Notes: a model not told the origin generated them from the letters alone. DNA of 61,819 bases, filler included, from Dimorphilus gyrociliatus (GCA_904063045.1; 4 parts of 4 records of this genome joined end to end with filler, not necessarily neighbours in it); one strand, 5' to 3'. Counted from the first letter of the whole stretch, positions 46,674 through 58,887 are shown. Numbers and translations are program-made.

Positions 46674-48506
46674 TTGAAATTGTATTCTACAAACTTTGTT
46701 TGTCCTCGAAATTCTGAATTAGAACCTATTGATGGTTCTTATCCGGATCCTGAATTTTGTGGTACATATTATCATTGTATTAATGGTACGGCTCACCCTC
46801 AGCAATGTCCACCTGGTCTCCTTTTTACAATTAATTCGAATAATTCTAAATTTTCTTTGTGCACTGAACCTCATCTTGCCGAATGTTCTGGAGGGAATTC
46901 AATGGCGACTAATCCATCGGATTACGCGGCTGAATGCCCAAAATCTGGAGTGAATGGTTGCTATTTGAAAAATGATGAATGCAACAACCAAAATGGTACA
47001 TTTCCTAACAAAAATGATTGTAGACAGTATTTTCATTGCTATAAGGGTGTTAGCTGGCCTCAGCAATGTCCCCAAGGCTATTTTTTTAGTCCATCATTAA
47101 ATTTTCACAACTATTCGTCGAAAGTATGCGTTACTGCCCAAGAGGCGCAATGCCCGATTGCTGGTGGATGGTCCGAATGGTCGGTATGGAGTGAATGTCG
47201 ACCAAACTGTGGAGACAGTTTGAAAACACGTACAAGAACTTGTACGAATCCTCCACCATCGAATGGAGGAGATGAATGTGCAGGCAATGCGGCCGACATT
47301 GATCTATGTTCAAATCCTCCTTGCAACTTTCATAGAAATCCTGCATTTATGGTTGCGATGATAAGACCTATAGATATAAGAAATAGGAGGGTTGTTTGGC
47401 ATAGAGTAAACGAGAACAGTGGCGACCTCTTTAATATAACAACGAACGAATTAAATATTAAAAACAATGGTTTCTATTATCTAACAATGACTGCCACTAC
47501 AACTTTAGTAGGACAAAATACTCTCAGATTTAGAATTAGAAATTTAGGTCCAAGTACATCAATCTCTCAAGAATCCAGTTATTTTGCAGATACATTCACA
47601 ACCTCTGGAATATATTCATTGAATTCATTCTCCAAGCCTCACGTATATTCGGACCTGTTTTCCAGAATAACTAGTAGTCAAAGAGGTTCTGAGACATCCT
47701 GGTCCGGCTTTCTATACGATTCCAACGTAGTGTTTTTCGCTTCAAGAGATACGTCATTCGTTAATGGTGGCGATAGAGTACCTCTACCTCTAGTTCATAC
47801 TCTAAGGGGTGCCTCAGCAAATTCGGCAAGAACGGAAATTAGAGTTTTATCAAAAGGATGGTATTTTATACACTTTGGCGCCGGTTTTATAAGTTCCGGA
47901 CACGTATTCCTAGCCCTTACGATAAATGATGAAACAACATCGTCGGTGAGATCAATAGTTAAAGATCACAATTCTTTACGGAATAATCAAGCGTCAAGAG
48001 GAGTTATTTTGGAATTGAATGAAAATGATAGAGTATCATTAACGCTAGCCGATGGGCAATTAAGATCGAGTATGAATAGGGAAACATTTCTAATGGGATT
48101 CAAATTGAATGCAGCTGTAAATAGTCCAGCATTCCACGCCTATAGAACAGCAAATTTTCCTACTGAATTGAATGCTAAGTTTGGCTATGATCAAATTGTT
48201 TTGGATACAAATTCTGGTTGGAATTTTACAGATAATACGTACAAAGTTGCAGTTTCCGGTTTATATCATATTGATATATCCATTGGTTCGTGGCCAGGAA
48301 TACAATCAATCATATCCGTTCAAGTTAATAACGAAAAAAGATTGGGTATGCATAGATTACGAGCTAGAGGAATTGAAAATTTGAGCAGAGGGGGATTACT
48401 AAGATTGGAACAGGGTGATATTCTATCAACTGAGACGATAAGTAGTCTACATAGTGAGAGATGGCAATTAACATCTTTGACATTGTTTTACGTTTCATCG
48501 TTATAA
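46674..48506 (+). CDS. 2x chitin-binding type 2 (CBM14) + TSP1 + 3x C1q-like domain protein (large 3' exon)
   Basis: YPDPEFCGTYYHC..QQCPPGLLF and FPNKNDCRQYFHC..QQCPQGYFF; WSEWSVWSEC..CG..TRTRTCTNPPP..GG..C. Three C1q-like units (AF.A...G.Y.F/I motifs). Likely acceptor AG at 46661-46662; no 5' Met. Confidence 0.85.
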   Translation: MKLYSTNFVCPRNSELEPIDGSYPDPEFCGTYYHCINGTAHPQQCPPGLLFTINSNNSKFSLCTEPHLAECSGGNSMATNPSDYAAECPKSGVNGCYLKNDECNNQNGTFPNKNDCRQYFHCYKGVSWPQQCPQGYFFSPSLNFHNYSSKVCVTAQEAQCPIAGGWSEWSVWSECRPNCGDSLKTRTRTCTNPPPSNGGDECAGNAADIDLCSNPPCNFHRNPAFMVAMIRPIDIRNRRVVWHRVNENSGDLFNITTNELNIKNNGFYYLTMTATTTLVGQNTLRFRIRNLGPSTSISQESSYFADTFTTSGIYSLNSFSKPHVYSDLFSRITSSQRGSETSWSGFLYDSNVVFFASRDTSFVNGGDRVPLPLVHTLRGASANSARTEIRVLSKGWYFIHFGAGFISSGHVFLALTINDETTSSVRSIVKDHNSLRNNQASRGVILELNENDRVSLTLADGQLRSSMNRETFLMGFKLNAAVNSPAFHAYRTANFPTELNAKFGYDQIVLDTNSGWNFTDNTYKVAVSGLYHIDISIGSWPGIQSIISVQVNNEKRLGMHRLRARGIENLSRGGLLRLEQGDILSTETISSLHSERWQLTSLTLFYVSSL

Positions 48507-49333
48507 AAGCATCACTTTCGGTTGTAAAATTCAAAATTAATCCATTTTTTATCATTTTATTCCATTTAAAATCGATTGTTTGTAGTCATACCCAAACTCT
48601 TATTAAATAGCATTAAAAATAAAGGCCTTACAAAAATACAAAAATTAACAATTGTCTTATTCTTGCTTACCAGTTTTCATATCGGAATTTAACTTATGAA
48701 TATTTCACATAAATCTTTAATACAGTTGGAAAAATTCAATTTTAGAATAAAGTTCGACAAACTTTATCCAAACTGAGCCTCTTTGCCCTTTTGACCAATT
48801 TTACAGTAGTGAACAATTACCATGACTAAGAACAGTCACATGTTCATATAGGTTTTTGAACAATAAAAGAATGCTTTGTCCTATTAAAACAATTTTACCT
48901 ATAGGGGTTGGAAATCTTCATTTAGGTGTAGGTGAGTAGACCCTAATGAGTCAAAAAAAACCTTTCCTAACCCTATCTAACCCTAAATCAAACCAATAAC
49001 AGAAGCCTGATTGATTTGACAAGGAGCATTTTAAACTCTACTCAGGCATCCATATTGAAGGGTTGGAATGGGTATCTTTAATCAAAGTAACTCAGGGTTT
49101 TTTTCGGAATTCCATTGAAAAGTATATTCTTCCAAAAGTGTCTGACATACAATCCTTGCAATGTGGAAGAAAACCCAGACGACCTACAAAGAACTTGAGG
49201 TTGACTTGAATATTCCAACATCTTCCCTCCAGTGTACATATGGTAAACAAAAGAGAAGGACAACCAGACAGAAGATAAGGTAAAGTGAATAGAAGAGCAA
49301 AGTCTCTGATTAAGCCAGAGTGCATGAGGTTGC

Positions 49334-49845
49334 TTGAAAGAAAAGAGTTTTGCCACTGCTAACAAGATTAAGCATAATTTGAGCCTAAAGATCTCTGAAA
49401 GAACCATTTGTAGGATTCTTAATACTCAGCGAGCAAAATACTTAGGCATTCCAAAGATGTTCCCTCTGTCAGCACAAATTCATTTCAAAGAAATAGTATT
49501 CACAGATCAGTCCAGGTTTTCATTAGATGGACCAGATCACCTGTTAACCCAGCAGCTCAATGATAGGCCAAAGCTAATTAGGGATAAGCTCTCCTTTGGT
49601 GGAGAAGGATTGATGTTGTATATACTCAGATGGGGAGGTTTCCATCCGAAGACTTCCATCTCTGAAGAAATCTATGCAGAATTCATGCAAGGTACTATTT
49701 TCCCACAACAGTGGGAAAAATTTGGTTAAAACTTCATTTGGCAGCAAGACAATGCTCCTCCCACACACTGCCGTTATAACAATGAATACTTTGAAGAGAA
49801 TAGAACTAATGTTCTAAAATGGCCTCTATACTCTCCAGACCTCCT
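49334..49845 (+). mobile_element. Tc1/mariner transposase remnant
   Basis: ISERTICRIL, IVFTDQSRFSLDGPD, WQQDNAP (49739), KWPLYSPDL. Deleted and frameshifted. Confidence 0.85.
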
Positions 49846-50221
49846 ATATTATATATGCAAGAAGGTTTGCTTATAGTGCTCAACCAGACTAAGAAGTAAT
49901 GCATAATACAAAATTTAATCAATGGTAGCTCCATCTGTCGGAGTATTTTTCATTTTTTTAAAACATACTGTAAAATCCTTTTTTAAGGTAATCTATTAGG
50001 TAATCATCTCTCTTTTGATTTAACCATTTCAAGGTTTATAGCACTGCAAACTCCTGCAAGAATTAAATTTAGGTTAGACAATTGAAAAAGAGAATAGCAA
50101 TTTCTAAGAAAAGTTAATAAACTACTCACAAAGAAGAAAAGAAAGAATCTATGCATTTAGCATAGAACTCTTGTTGTTATCTTTGTTGTGTTTGTATCTT
50201 GTTGGTTACCATATGGAATTG

Positions 50222-50321
50222 NNNNNNNNNNNNNNNNNNNNNNNNNNNNNNNNNNNNNNNNNNNNTTAATTAATTAANNNNNNNNNNNNNNNNNNNNNNN
50301 NNNNNNNNNNNNNNNNNNNNN
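50222..50321. other. Assembly gap with TTAATTAATTAA linker
   Basis: 44N-12nt-44N. Confidence 0.97.
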
Positions 50322-51360
50322 AATACAATGACATTACTTTTAATAAATATTTATATAAATATAACCAATATTATAGTAATTCATTCAAACACTCCATTTT
50401 TATGGACATTTTAAAGTATCATTACGATTTCATCATTTGAAAGAGGATCAGAGTAAATGAATTATGTAAATTAATAGGTTATGATGATAAGTATTCATCT
50501 GTTAGTCCATGTTTCTGTAAATATATTCATTTGTTTTTCTATTCTCTCTAAATTATTTAAAGTTGAAATTGACTTCATTGTCCCAAAGCTTATTATTAAA
50601 ACCTAAATTGATACAGAATAGGATGTCACAAAAGGCTGGGTTGGGTTTTGGGGTAGAGTTTTAATGCCCCAATTTTTAACTGAAAAGAATTAAAGAAACA
50701 CACTGTAAGACTAGCAGAGAATGAAGCCCAGAGGAATAAATAATGGTATGAGAAGGAAGAAAGATTGATAATGACCTTACAAAATGGTTTAACTAGTAGT
50801 ATGAAACCATAGAAACCATAATTACATGTTATCACAGGGTACAATGTTGGAAAGAATTTGACTTTCTGCCTGCACAGTTGGAAGACAATGCAAAGAGTAA
50901 ATTAGATAGATTCGGGAACTCCCAAAGAAGAATGTAAGATAGAAGGTATAATGGAAGAGCACAGATGTTGTTACCAAAGTTCCAGGGAAATCTTCTTTCT
51001 GTTGGCCCCAACAAAAGATGTTTCACAAACTTCAACATCGATGAATGGCTTGACAGAAGGAAATCTACAAAGTTACGGATCAGTACATATGACTCCATGA
51101 ATGATTTCACTGAAGAATTGAAAAATCTTTTTCCAAGTTATACAATTGTTAAAATAAAAAATATGCTCAACTTTTGAATACAAATTCTATCATCATGAGA
51201 CTGTTAGAGGTTAGCTTTGTTATAATATAGACAACACAAAATTTGATAGTAAAAACATGTTAAATTTTGATATGAAATAAAGTCTTGTTAATGAACATAT
51301 TTCCTAATATTGCTCATCTCAATTTCATGAAAATATAAACCTAAAATTATAGATTTAATA

Positions 51361-52682
51361 ATGAAATGTTTTTTTTTTGAAATAATGTTAACTCTTTACT
51401 CTATTTTTATCTTTCATTTTTTCATCATTAATTCTCTGGAAAAATGCCCAATTAGACATATTTTATCAAACAGTCTATTGAATGAGAAAAACACAAGATT
51501 TTTAATAAAACCATTGAAAGAAGATGAATATTCTATTTATGGAATATTAAAATTAAATCTTAAAAATTGGACAAAAGCTAGTGAATATACATCTGAGATT
51601 TTTGAACACAGTTTAAATCATATTTGCCAATCAATGGATTATGATGAAATACATAGTATTACACAAATTTGCCAGCATAAAGGTATGTAAATCACAAAGT
51701 TAAACTCAGGTACAAAATTTACACCATTTTTTATGCATGCATGCATTTTGCTAAATGAATACATATTATCAAGTCTACAAATTTTCATTCAGGAACAAAG
51801 GGAACAGTTTTTCTCAAGCATAAAGAAAAACTTGATATTCAAGTGTAATTGAGCAAAGATTTTTTTGTGTTTATTTAAAATTAGAAAAATTCAAAGAATA
51901 TTTGAGCATATTTTCTATTCATGAACACTTTTTCAAAATTAATTTTTATATCAATTTTTTTTCTAATTTTCCCATCGAAAAAAAAACAAAGTATATATTT
52001 AAACATATTTTTAATAAGTCATTTCCATAGATATACAATTGATCCTTTAAGAAATAGTAAAAATCTTATCTGTTTAAAATGTTACAAATATACTAAACCT
52101 TGTAAGTTAATTTTAAGTTTGAGAGAAAATGTTGTCTTATGAAATATTAAATCATAAAATTTTAACTTTCAGTTATTTTTGCTGGTGTAAAAAATATGAT
52201 GGCTTTCTTTTTTAAAAGATTACAATTGACACTCTTCCTGAGAAAAGTGAAAACAACTTATAAATCATATCCAGAGAGTATAGGAATGAAGAGTAGTTTG
52301 TGCACGAAAGCACAATTTTTCATAAAGAAATCAATTACTTTCAATATTGAACACATAGCTATAATTAATAAAAATTTTACTTATAGCCTTAAGATAAATT
52401 TGAAAAGAATGACGTGTTATTTTCCAGAGATTAATGGTAAGCTACTTTTAAAAAGATGCTTTTGTAATATTGTTTTCTTTTCTTAAATTTTTAGATTTTA
52501 AAATTGAACCAACACCAGATTTTTTGCATGAAATATTCTATCAAAATATCAGTCATTCCCAGATGACTTTTATAGCAAATTCAAAATCATTTGGTACAAT
52601 TCCTTTAGCATTTGACGTATCTGAAAATATTGAAAAATTAGCATTACTTCTGCATTGGAAATCAATATATATTTACATTTAA
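51361..52682 (+). CDS. Secreted-protein gene fragment with divergent SRCR-like first exon
   Basis: Hydrophobic N-terminus and GILKL...HICQSMDY, resembling the first exons at 27910 and 26746. Donor GTATGT after HKG. Further short ORFs. Confidence 0.35.
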
Positions 52683-52931
52683 ATGAAATTTATTTTAATT
52701 TATGTTTTCTTTTGGTTAATGGACATTTACTTTCACTTTATGGACATTTTTTGTCAACCTATAAGGAAATTTAATTCTTAAAAAATTAAGCTAATAGGAA
52801 AAGTTATCCAATTTTTTTTGTGAATATTTCATTTATTAAGTATATATTTAAGATGTTCTTTTATCAAAGGTTTAAATTTTCAACATGTATTTCTATTTAA
52901 ATGAATTTTTTTAATGGATGTTTTCTTTCAT

Positions 52932-52951
52932 GGACATTTTCTGTCAACCCC
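52932..52951 (-). mobile_element. Isolated MULE-type right TIR (partial second copy at 52742-52760)
   Basis: GGACATTTTCTGTCAACCCC, the reverse complement of the family TIR. Confidence 0.7.
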
Positions 52952-52999
52952 ATATTTGATGATTGTCCATCACAAAAACAATAATTACATTTTCTGTAT

Positions 53000-54159
53000 A
53001 CCAATTTCCTGATAAATTTATGGTTTCTATTTTGGAACATTTTTTGAACAAATTTCAAAATGTTGAATAATGGTCCTCATTCAAAATGCAGCTATTGAAA
53101 TTAAAAACCCATAATGTATCTGATTATTACTAATGTCCATCCAAAATATCAACATCCCAACAAATATTTGTACTTTGCTGTTCATTCAAAGAGACGTTAC
53201 CCAAATGTAAATCCCCTAATATATTTGATGAATGTATATGTCCATCACAAATAGCAAAAAATCCATTTCCCATACATGAATTTTGTGAAAAATCTATGTT
53301 TTCTATTTTAGAACATTTATTGAGCAAATTTCCAAATGTTGTACATTGCTCTTCATTCAAATTGCAGGAATTGAAACCTAAAACCTTTAATGTATTTGAT
53401 GATTGTTCAAGTCCATCACAAAAAGCAAAAAGTCCAGTTCCCATATATGGTTTTTGATAAATCCATGTTTTCTATTTTAGAACATTTTTTGAGCAAATTT
53501 CCAAATGTTGTACATTGCCTTTCATTCAAATAGCAGTCACTGAAATTTAAAACCTTTAATGTATTTGATGATTGTTCAAGTCCATCACAAATAGCAAAAA
53601 ATCCATTTCCCATACATGAATTTTGTGAAAAATCTATGTTTTCTATTTTAGAACATTTATTGAGCAAATTTCCAAATGTTGTACATTGCTCTTCATTCAA
53701 ATTGCAGGAATTGAAACCTAAAACCTTTAATGTATTTGATGATTGTTCAAGTCCATCACAAATAGCAAAAAATCCATTTCTCATATATGGATTTTTTGAT
53801 AAATCTATGTTTTCTATTTTAGAACATTTTTTGAGCAAATTTCGAAATGTTCTACATTGCCTTTCATTAAAACAGCAGTCACTGAAATTTAAAACCCTTA
53901 ATGTATTTGATGATTGTTCAAGTCCATCACAAATAGCAAAAAATACATTTCCCATATATGGATTTTCTGATATATATATTTTTTCTATGTTAGAACATTT
54001 TTTGAGCAAATTTCCAAATGTTATCCATTGCCTTTCATTCAAATCCCAGTCCTTGATATTAATAACCTTTAATGTGTTTGATGATTGTTCAAGTCTTTCC
54101 CAAATGCTTTTCATTGTTGTTCCAAACAGATACTCAGTTATTAATAAAGAAAAACACAT
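53000..54159 (-). pseudogene. RI-like LRR array of near-identical 171-bp units, frameshifted
   Basis: ORFs 53416..54159 and 53130..53444. 53241-53421 is identical to 53581-53761; spacing of 340 instead of 342 explains the frameshift. Confidence 0.85.
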
Positions 54160-54763
54160 AGGTATTGGAATTTTGTGGTTATAAAATGGTTATAATTTCA
54201 ACCATCATCTTTGATGTATATATGGTTATTGCAGTGGTTAAAAGCATAATTCTTATAATAACCATACAGATTGGACTTGATAAATCATAAATAATGTTAT
54301 ACAGTGGTTACATATTTCTGCCCACTGATTTTGTCAAATTTATCATTGGTAAAATACTTAGCTGTCAGAATTTTGAGGTTCAAAATAAAATGCTGAACAG
54401 ATAAAAACAATTATATATTTAAAAGAAATTGATTCAAGATCAAATATTCTGCCTAAAATAAAAAGTAAATGTAGAATAGTACTAAAAATTTCAAATATTA
54501 AAATAGCAAAAGTGGGTGGAGACATGCTATCCTGGACATTTTGCCCCTGAATGGGATATTTTTTCTCATTTTTTGCTGAACAAATCATCATACACATTTT
54601 TTATGATTGGTTTGTTGAACCATTTACTTTTTTGATTTTTCTTGTTCACTTAGGTATCGAGATATATCAATATTTAGACTTTAGATATCAAGATATATTA
54701 GAAAGTGTACTTTGTTGTATTGTAATTGTAGAAATTTCTGGTTTTTCACAACTGTATTTGGGG

Positions 54764-54830
54764 GCTGACAGAAAACATCCCCAACAGAAAGCATCCAAAA
54801 GCTGACAGAAAATATCCCCAGGCAGACAGA
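54764..54830 (+). mobile_element. MULE TIR with tandem subterminal TIR-like motifs
   Basis: GGGGCTGACAGAAAACATCC followed by ACAGAAAGCATCC and GCTGACAGAAAATATCCCC. Confidence 0.65.
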
Positions 54831-54939
54831 AGAGAGAACAGCTTTTGTTAATTGAAAAATATCTGCACAAAATAACATTACAATTTTATAACATCCTAGC
54901 CAAAAAATTGACAACTTTAAGTTCCTTTATATGAATATA

Positions 54940-55590
54940 AACCCTACAAATTTAACTTTTGTTAGCTTAGTTTTTTAACTGCTTGCTTAGAGATAAAAGC
55001 TCAGAATATTCAATACATATCTTATTTGGAAAATACTGACTCTTTGTTGAAAGTTTGATATTGTACTGCTGGCAAATTTATGCCTTTGCAAGTTATAACA
55101 ATACTGGTTCTACTGGAATCTTTAAACAAATGTTTAAATTAAAACAGTTTATTTGCAATAATAATACTTAAGCAAGTAGTAATATGAGAGTTTTAAAGTA
55201 GAGTGGATAGTTCGTAATAGCAGGTTGCCAAATTACCAAACTGTCTTCCAATGTTGAGGAGTAGATGGATGGTTCCAGTGGAGGTTGTTTCTAGGTTATC
55301 TTCCCATGTCCTTGGGTCCAGATGAAGACACACACATACCTAACCCTAACCCCTAACCCTGTTTCTTTGTTAATTCCATACTGGCAGTATCTATGAAATA
55401 AAGATCTTTTTAAAGTTCTAAAATCTGACTCTACTAAATATAAATCTTTCTAAAGCTCCACAATTATAATTCCTAAAGTGATTCTATAGTTCCACCATTT
55501 TAATTGCTCTAAAAAATAAAAGCCTTTTTAAAGTTCTATATTATCTGAAGTCTAAATATCATTATGTTATTATTTCTAAGTGCACATCAT
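54940..55590. repeat. Mosaic of repeat modules (partial B forward; E, C, D reversed)
   Basis: Matches to segments of 42540-43720. Confidence 0.65.
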
Positions 55591-55593
55591 TTC

Positions 55594-55790
55594 GGATGCA
55601 ACAGAAAACATCCACAAATGAGTGCTTTTACCCTAACCCTAACCCAGCCGTTGGCAGTACCTAACCTTTTGCATTACCCCTAACCCTTAGAGAAAACTCT
55701 CCTAAGTACAAATCAATTTTTCTCTTATTCTTCCTAACCATTTCTCAATCCAAAATCTAGTCTTGAAATTTCTCATTTGTGGATGTTTTG
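55594..55790. mobile_element. MITE copy with truncated right TIR
   Basis: GGATGCAACAGAAAACATCC start. Body matches 29471-29677. Confidence 0.8.
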
Positions 55791-55992
55791 CTAACCCTAA
55801 CCCCAACCCATCATTTCTTGTTTTATCCCTAAAAAACTTAAATAAATCAAGAAAACATGTAACATATTTAAAACAACAAGAAAAAAGATATTTTCTCCCT
55901 CACTGGGGCAACTTCTGTCACTCATCTGTGCAACTTCTGCCTTAGTTCTGGGCAACTTCTGTCCTAGGGGACTTCTATCCTATTCATTTATA

Positions 55993-56387
55993 GGGGCTGA
56001 CAGAAAACATCCCCAAAGTGACAGTAAACATTCCTGGGCAAACAATTCAAATGAATGCTTTATAATTTTTTGGCAGGTTTAAATGTTAATTCTAGAAATT
56101 AAAAATTAGTCAAAATAATAATTGATATCTAAATGATTTTCTAAATTTATTGAAATATATTTTGACATTAACATACTATAGAAAACAGATGTAAAGAGAT
56201 TAATAATACACTTCAGAAGACATGTTACAATTTTTCTCTCACTTAATAATTTCTCAAAAATAAAAATTAAGTCAGCTTCTTCTTTTAGTTCATCAACAAC
56301 TAAATAAAATGACAAATTTAAACATATATTTTTGTTTAATCTATGATGAAAACCCTCTAAATCATTGTTAGTTCTTCTGTGGCACAA
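55993..56387 (-). mobile_element. MULE (Mutator-like) transposase C-terminal remnant with its terminal TIR
   Basis: RRTNNDLEGFHHRLNK..NLSFYLVVDELKEE (TNNxxE catalytic-Glu motif). Inward-facing TIR GGGGCTGACAGAAAACATCCCC at 55993-56014. Confidence 0.7.
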
Positions 56388-56819
56388 AAATTAAATCAAA
56401 TTGAAAATTTAAATAATTTAAAACTTTTTAAAAGTTTCGAAAACGCAAAATTAGGGAGGAACGATCATTATCTTGATTAACAATTTGACCTTTGACCTGG
56501 AAGCTAAGTGTTGTGAAATTCTTCCACAAATATTTTGGTAAATGATAAACAACAAACGGACGATGTTGAATACTATAAATTTTCTGATTATCCTCTAATT
56601 GGGGAAAGAAAGATGGTTAAGAAAGAGGAGAGAAGAACAGAATATTAAATAAACTACCTTTTGCAAAAACTTCTATTGTTCTGAGAGCATTATTTTCAGT
56701 GGAATAGCCATCTATAATTACCAATTGAATCCAATATTCAATTGGTCCAATATTAAAAATGTTACTTTTGTTTTTGTGAACATTGAAATTGGTGAACTAT
56801 CAACTCTTAAAAGATTATA

Positions 56820-57110
56820 TAAACCCTACGAAATTAACAGTTGACAGTTCAGTTCTCTAACTGATAGCTAGTTGTTTAAACTTGCTTATTTAGAACTAGA
56901 AACTCGTTTTTACTCAATACATATTCTTTGGACGAAATACTGGTATTTTGTTAATTAATTTCTACTGAAATTACATTTATTAAACTACTTGTGGACGAAC
57001 TTGAAAGGTTCTATTTGGACCAGTACTTTGGTAAATTGGTAAATGATTGGAAAGGACCAAATTAGTGGTGATGAACCAGAAACTCCTACAATTACTATAC
57101 AACAAAGTAC
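56820..57110 (+). repeat. Dispersed repeat module B
   Basis: Matches 43215-43530. Confidence 0.8.
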
Positions 57111-57769
57111 AGATATAAATGCATGCCTACCATATCTGCTACAAGATTTCAAAGTACTGGTATGTCTATCATCAGTTGGCAGTAGGAACAAACAATAAAA
57201 TACAGAAGGTGAACTTATTTTGATTTATTTAATGTATGATAAGTTTGTAACTGTTTCTTTAAGGTTAGTCCAATATCTTCAATATTTCTTTTTGAATCTT
57301 TAACATCTTTGAATACTTTTAATCTGGTTATAACATTCCTTTTATCCTGTATTCAGAAGACTGGTTACACAAACACCATTCAAGACTCTGTCTTACCATA
57401 GTTGAAGAAAAATTTATATCGAATTTTAAATCTAAATACAAATTTGAATTGTGAATATTTTTAAAAAATTCAACATGAATTAAAAATTCATGTAAAATTT
57501 TCTTAGCAGATAATTGACCATCAGCAAGAAATGTGAATAATTTGCATTTTTGTTTAATATAATAGAACACTAGAAAATATTGAAAAATAAATTGTTTACA
57601 TGTCAAAAAGATAAACAAACATCAATAAAGGTATGAAAATAATTGATGAGATTACCTGGATATATAGTTTGGTCAAAAAATTGTTTCTCTCTTGATAATC
57701 TAGGAATATGGAAAAAGATTTTTAAATCAGGCAGGATTAGGGTTAAAAGTTTTGATCATATCAAGTGGA

Positions 57770-57797
57770 TAGATAAATAGATAGATAGATAGATAGA
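57770..57797. repeat. (GATA)n microsatellite
   Basis: Imperfect AGAT run. Confidence 0.8.
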
Positions 57798-58232
57798 GTG
57801 TTGATTGATTGATAGAATCAATAAAGAGAAATAAAATGTCTACTAAGCTAAACTCTATTCAATATATAATCAATCACTCCTCAATTAAGGCTAACTTTAT
57901 CATAGGCCTATATTTATTAGGGAATGTAGACTATTACTTCTTTTTAATTTTATTCTGCCTAATTACAACCAAATATTCTTTGGACGTGTTGATAAATGAA
58001 TAATGAAGACATAGAAGTGGTGACATCCAAAAACACCACCAATCCATTAAAATAGGTGAATTTACTGTTGAGACTTTTAGTAGTAAAACTGAATATATAG
58101 AGAAAACACAAATCAGTAATTCAGCAAACAGAGTATTATTCAACTCACTTGAACTATTAAAGGTCAAGTAGGAGAGACAATTAAGAATGATGCATATATG
58201 AATCATTAATAATGTAGAGTATTGTCTAGTGT

Positions 58233-58332
58233 NNNNNNNNNNNNNNNNNNNNNNNNNNNNNNNNNNNNNNNNNNNNTTAATTAATTAANNNNNNNNNNNN
58301 NNNNNNNNNNNNNNNNNNNNNNNNNNNNNNNN
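58233..58332. other. Assembly gap with TTAATTAATTAA linker
   Basis: 44N-12nt-44N. Confidence 0.97.
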
Positions 58333-58887
58333 CGCAGGTATAGCAATCTATTTCATTTTCTATTTCATAAAATGTATCAAAGGAAGACCTAGATTCAATT
58401 CTATGTTCCTTCCTCTTTACGTATATGGTCAATCCTATTTGCCTGAGGCGGTCCAGAGCCATATTCATCAAGGACTAATCACGGTCTACTAACTTACACC
58501 TAGAGAGAGGTTGAATATTTCCAATAGGGGATTCTCTTCTTCAGGTTTGATTCAACATATATCATATTAAGAGTGCTACTTGTCAAGATACGGTATATCA
58601 AAATTTGTACATACCATTTTAATATTGAAGGTTTATATTTTGAAAGCAGTCGTGGAAATTGTACATTAAAGCAGCTACTTTTAATATGGTGTTGACTCCT
58701 TCATCTTCAAACTATAAAGCAACCCTGTAAAAAATTATTTAGAATATATACTGTAAAAGACAAATGGAAAATTGAATTCTGTGAAAAGATTTGAAATTGA
58801 CATATCGATGTTAGTCTATGTACAAAATTTGAAAGCTCTATGATTATTAATAAGAAATTTAGTTTTTTGTGATTAATATTTTAAGAT

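Noticed and set aside
48802-49972. TA-CAGTA ... TACTG-TA as Tc1 termini
   Set aside because: Only 5 bp of inverted match, too little to define TIRs.
50626-51177. ORFs 50626..50844, 50832..51110 and 50965..51177 as a gene
   Set aside because: Short, mutually overlapping and without a recognisable motif; possibly a TE remnant.
53000-54159. Regularly spaced repeats suggestive of a CRISPR-like array
   Set aside because: These are 171-bp coding LRR units, not short repeats with unique spacers. The context is eukaryotic and no cas genes are present.
8212-54184. Opposite-strand ORFs over real genes (8212..8556, 16813..17097, 23320..23814, 36419..36706, 37644..37844, 47111..47346, 53636..54184)
   Set aside because: Antisense shadows of codon-biased or repetitive coding sequence, with no independent motifs.
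55335-55810. True telomere or telomere-healing site
   Set aside because: Only 2-3 CCCTAA units, embedded in MITE bodies or fragments; no long array.
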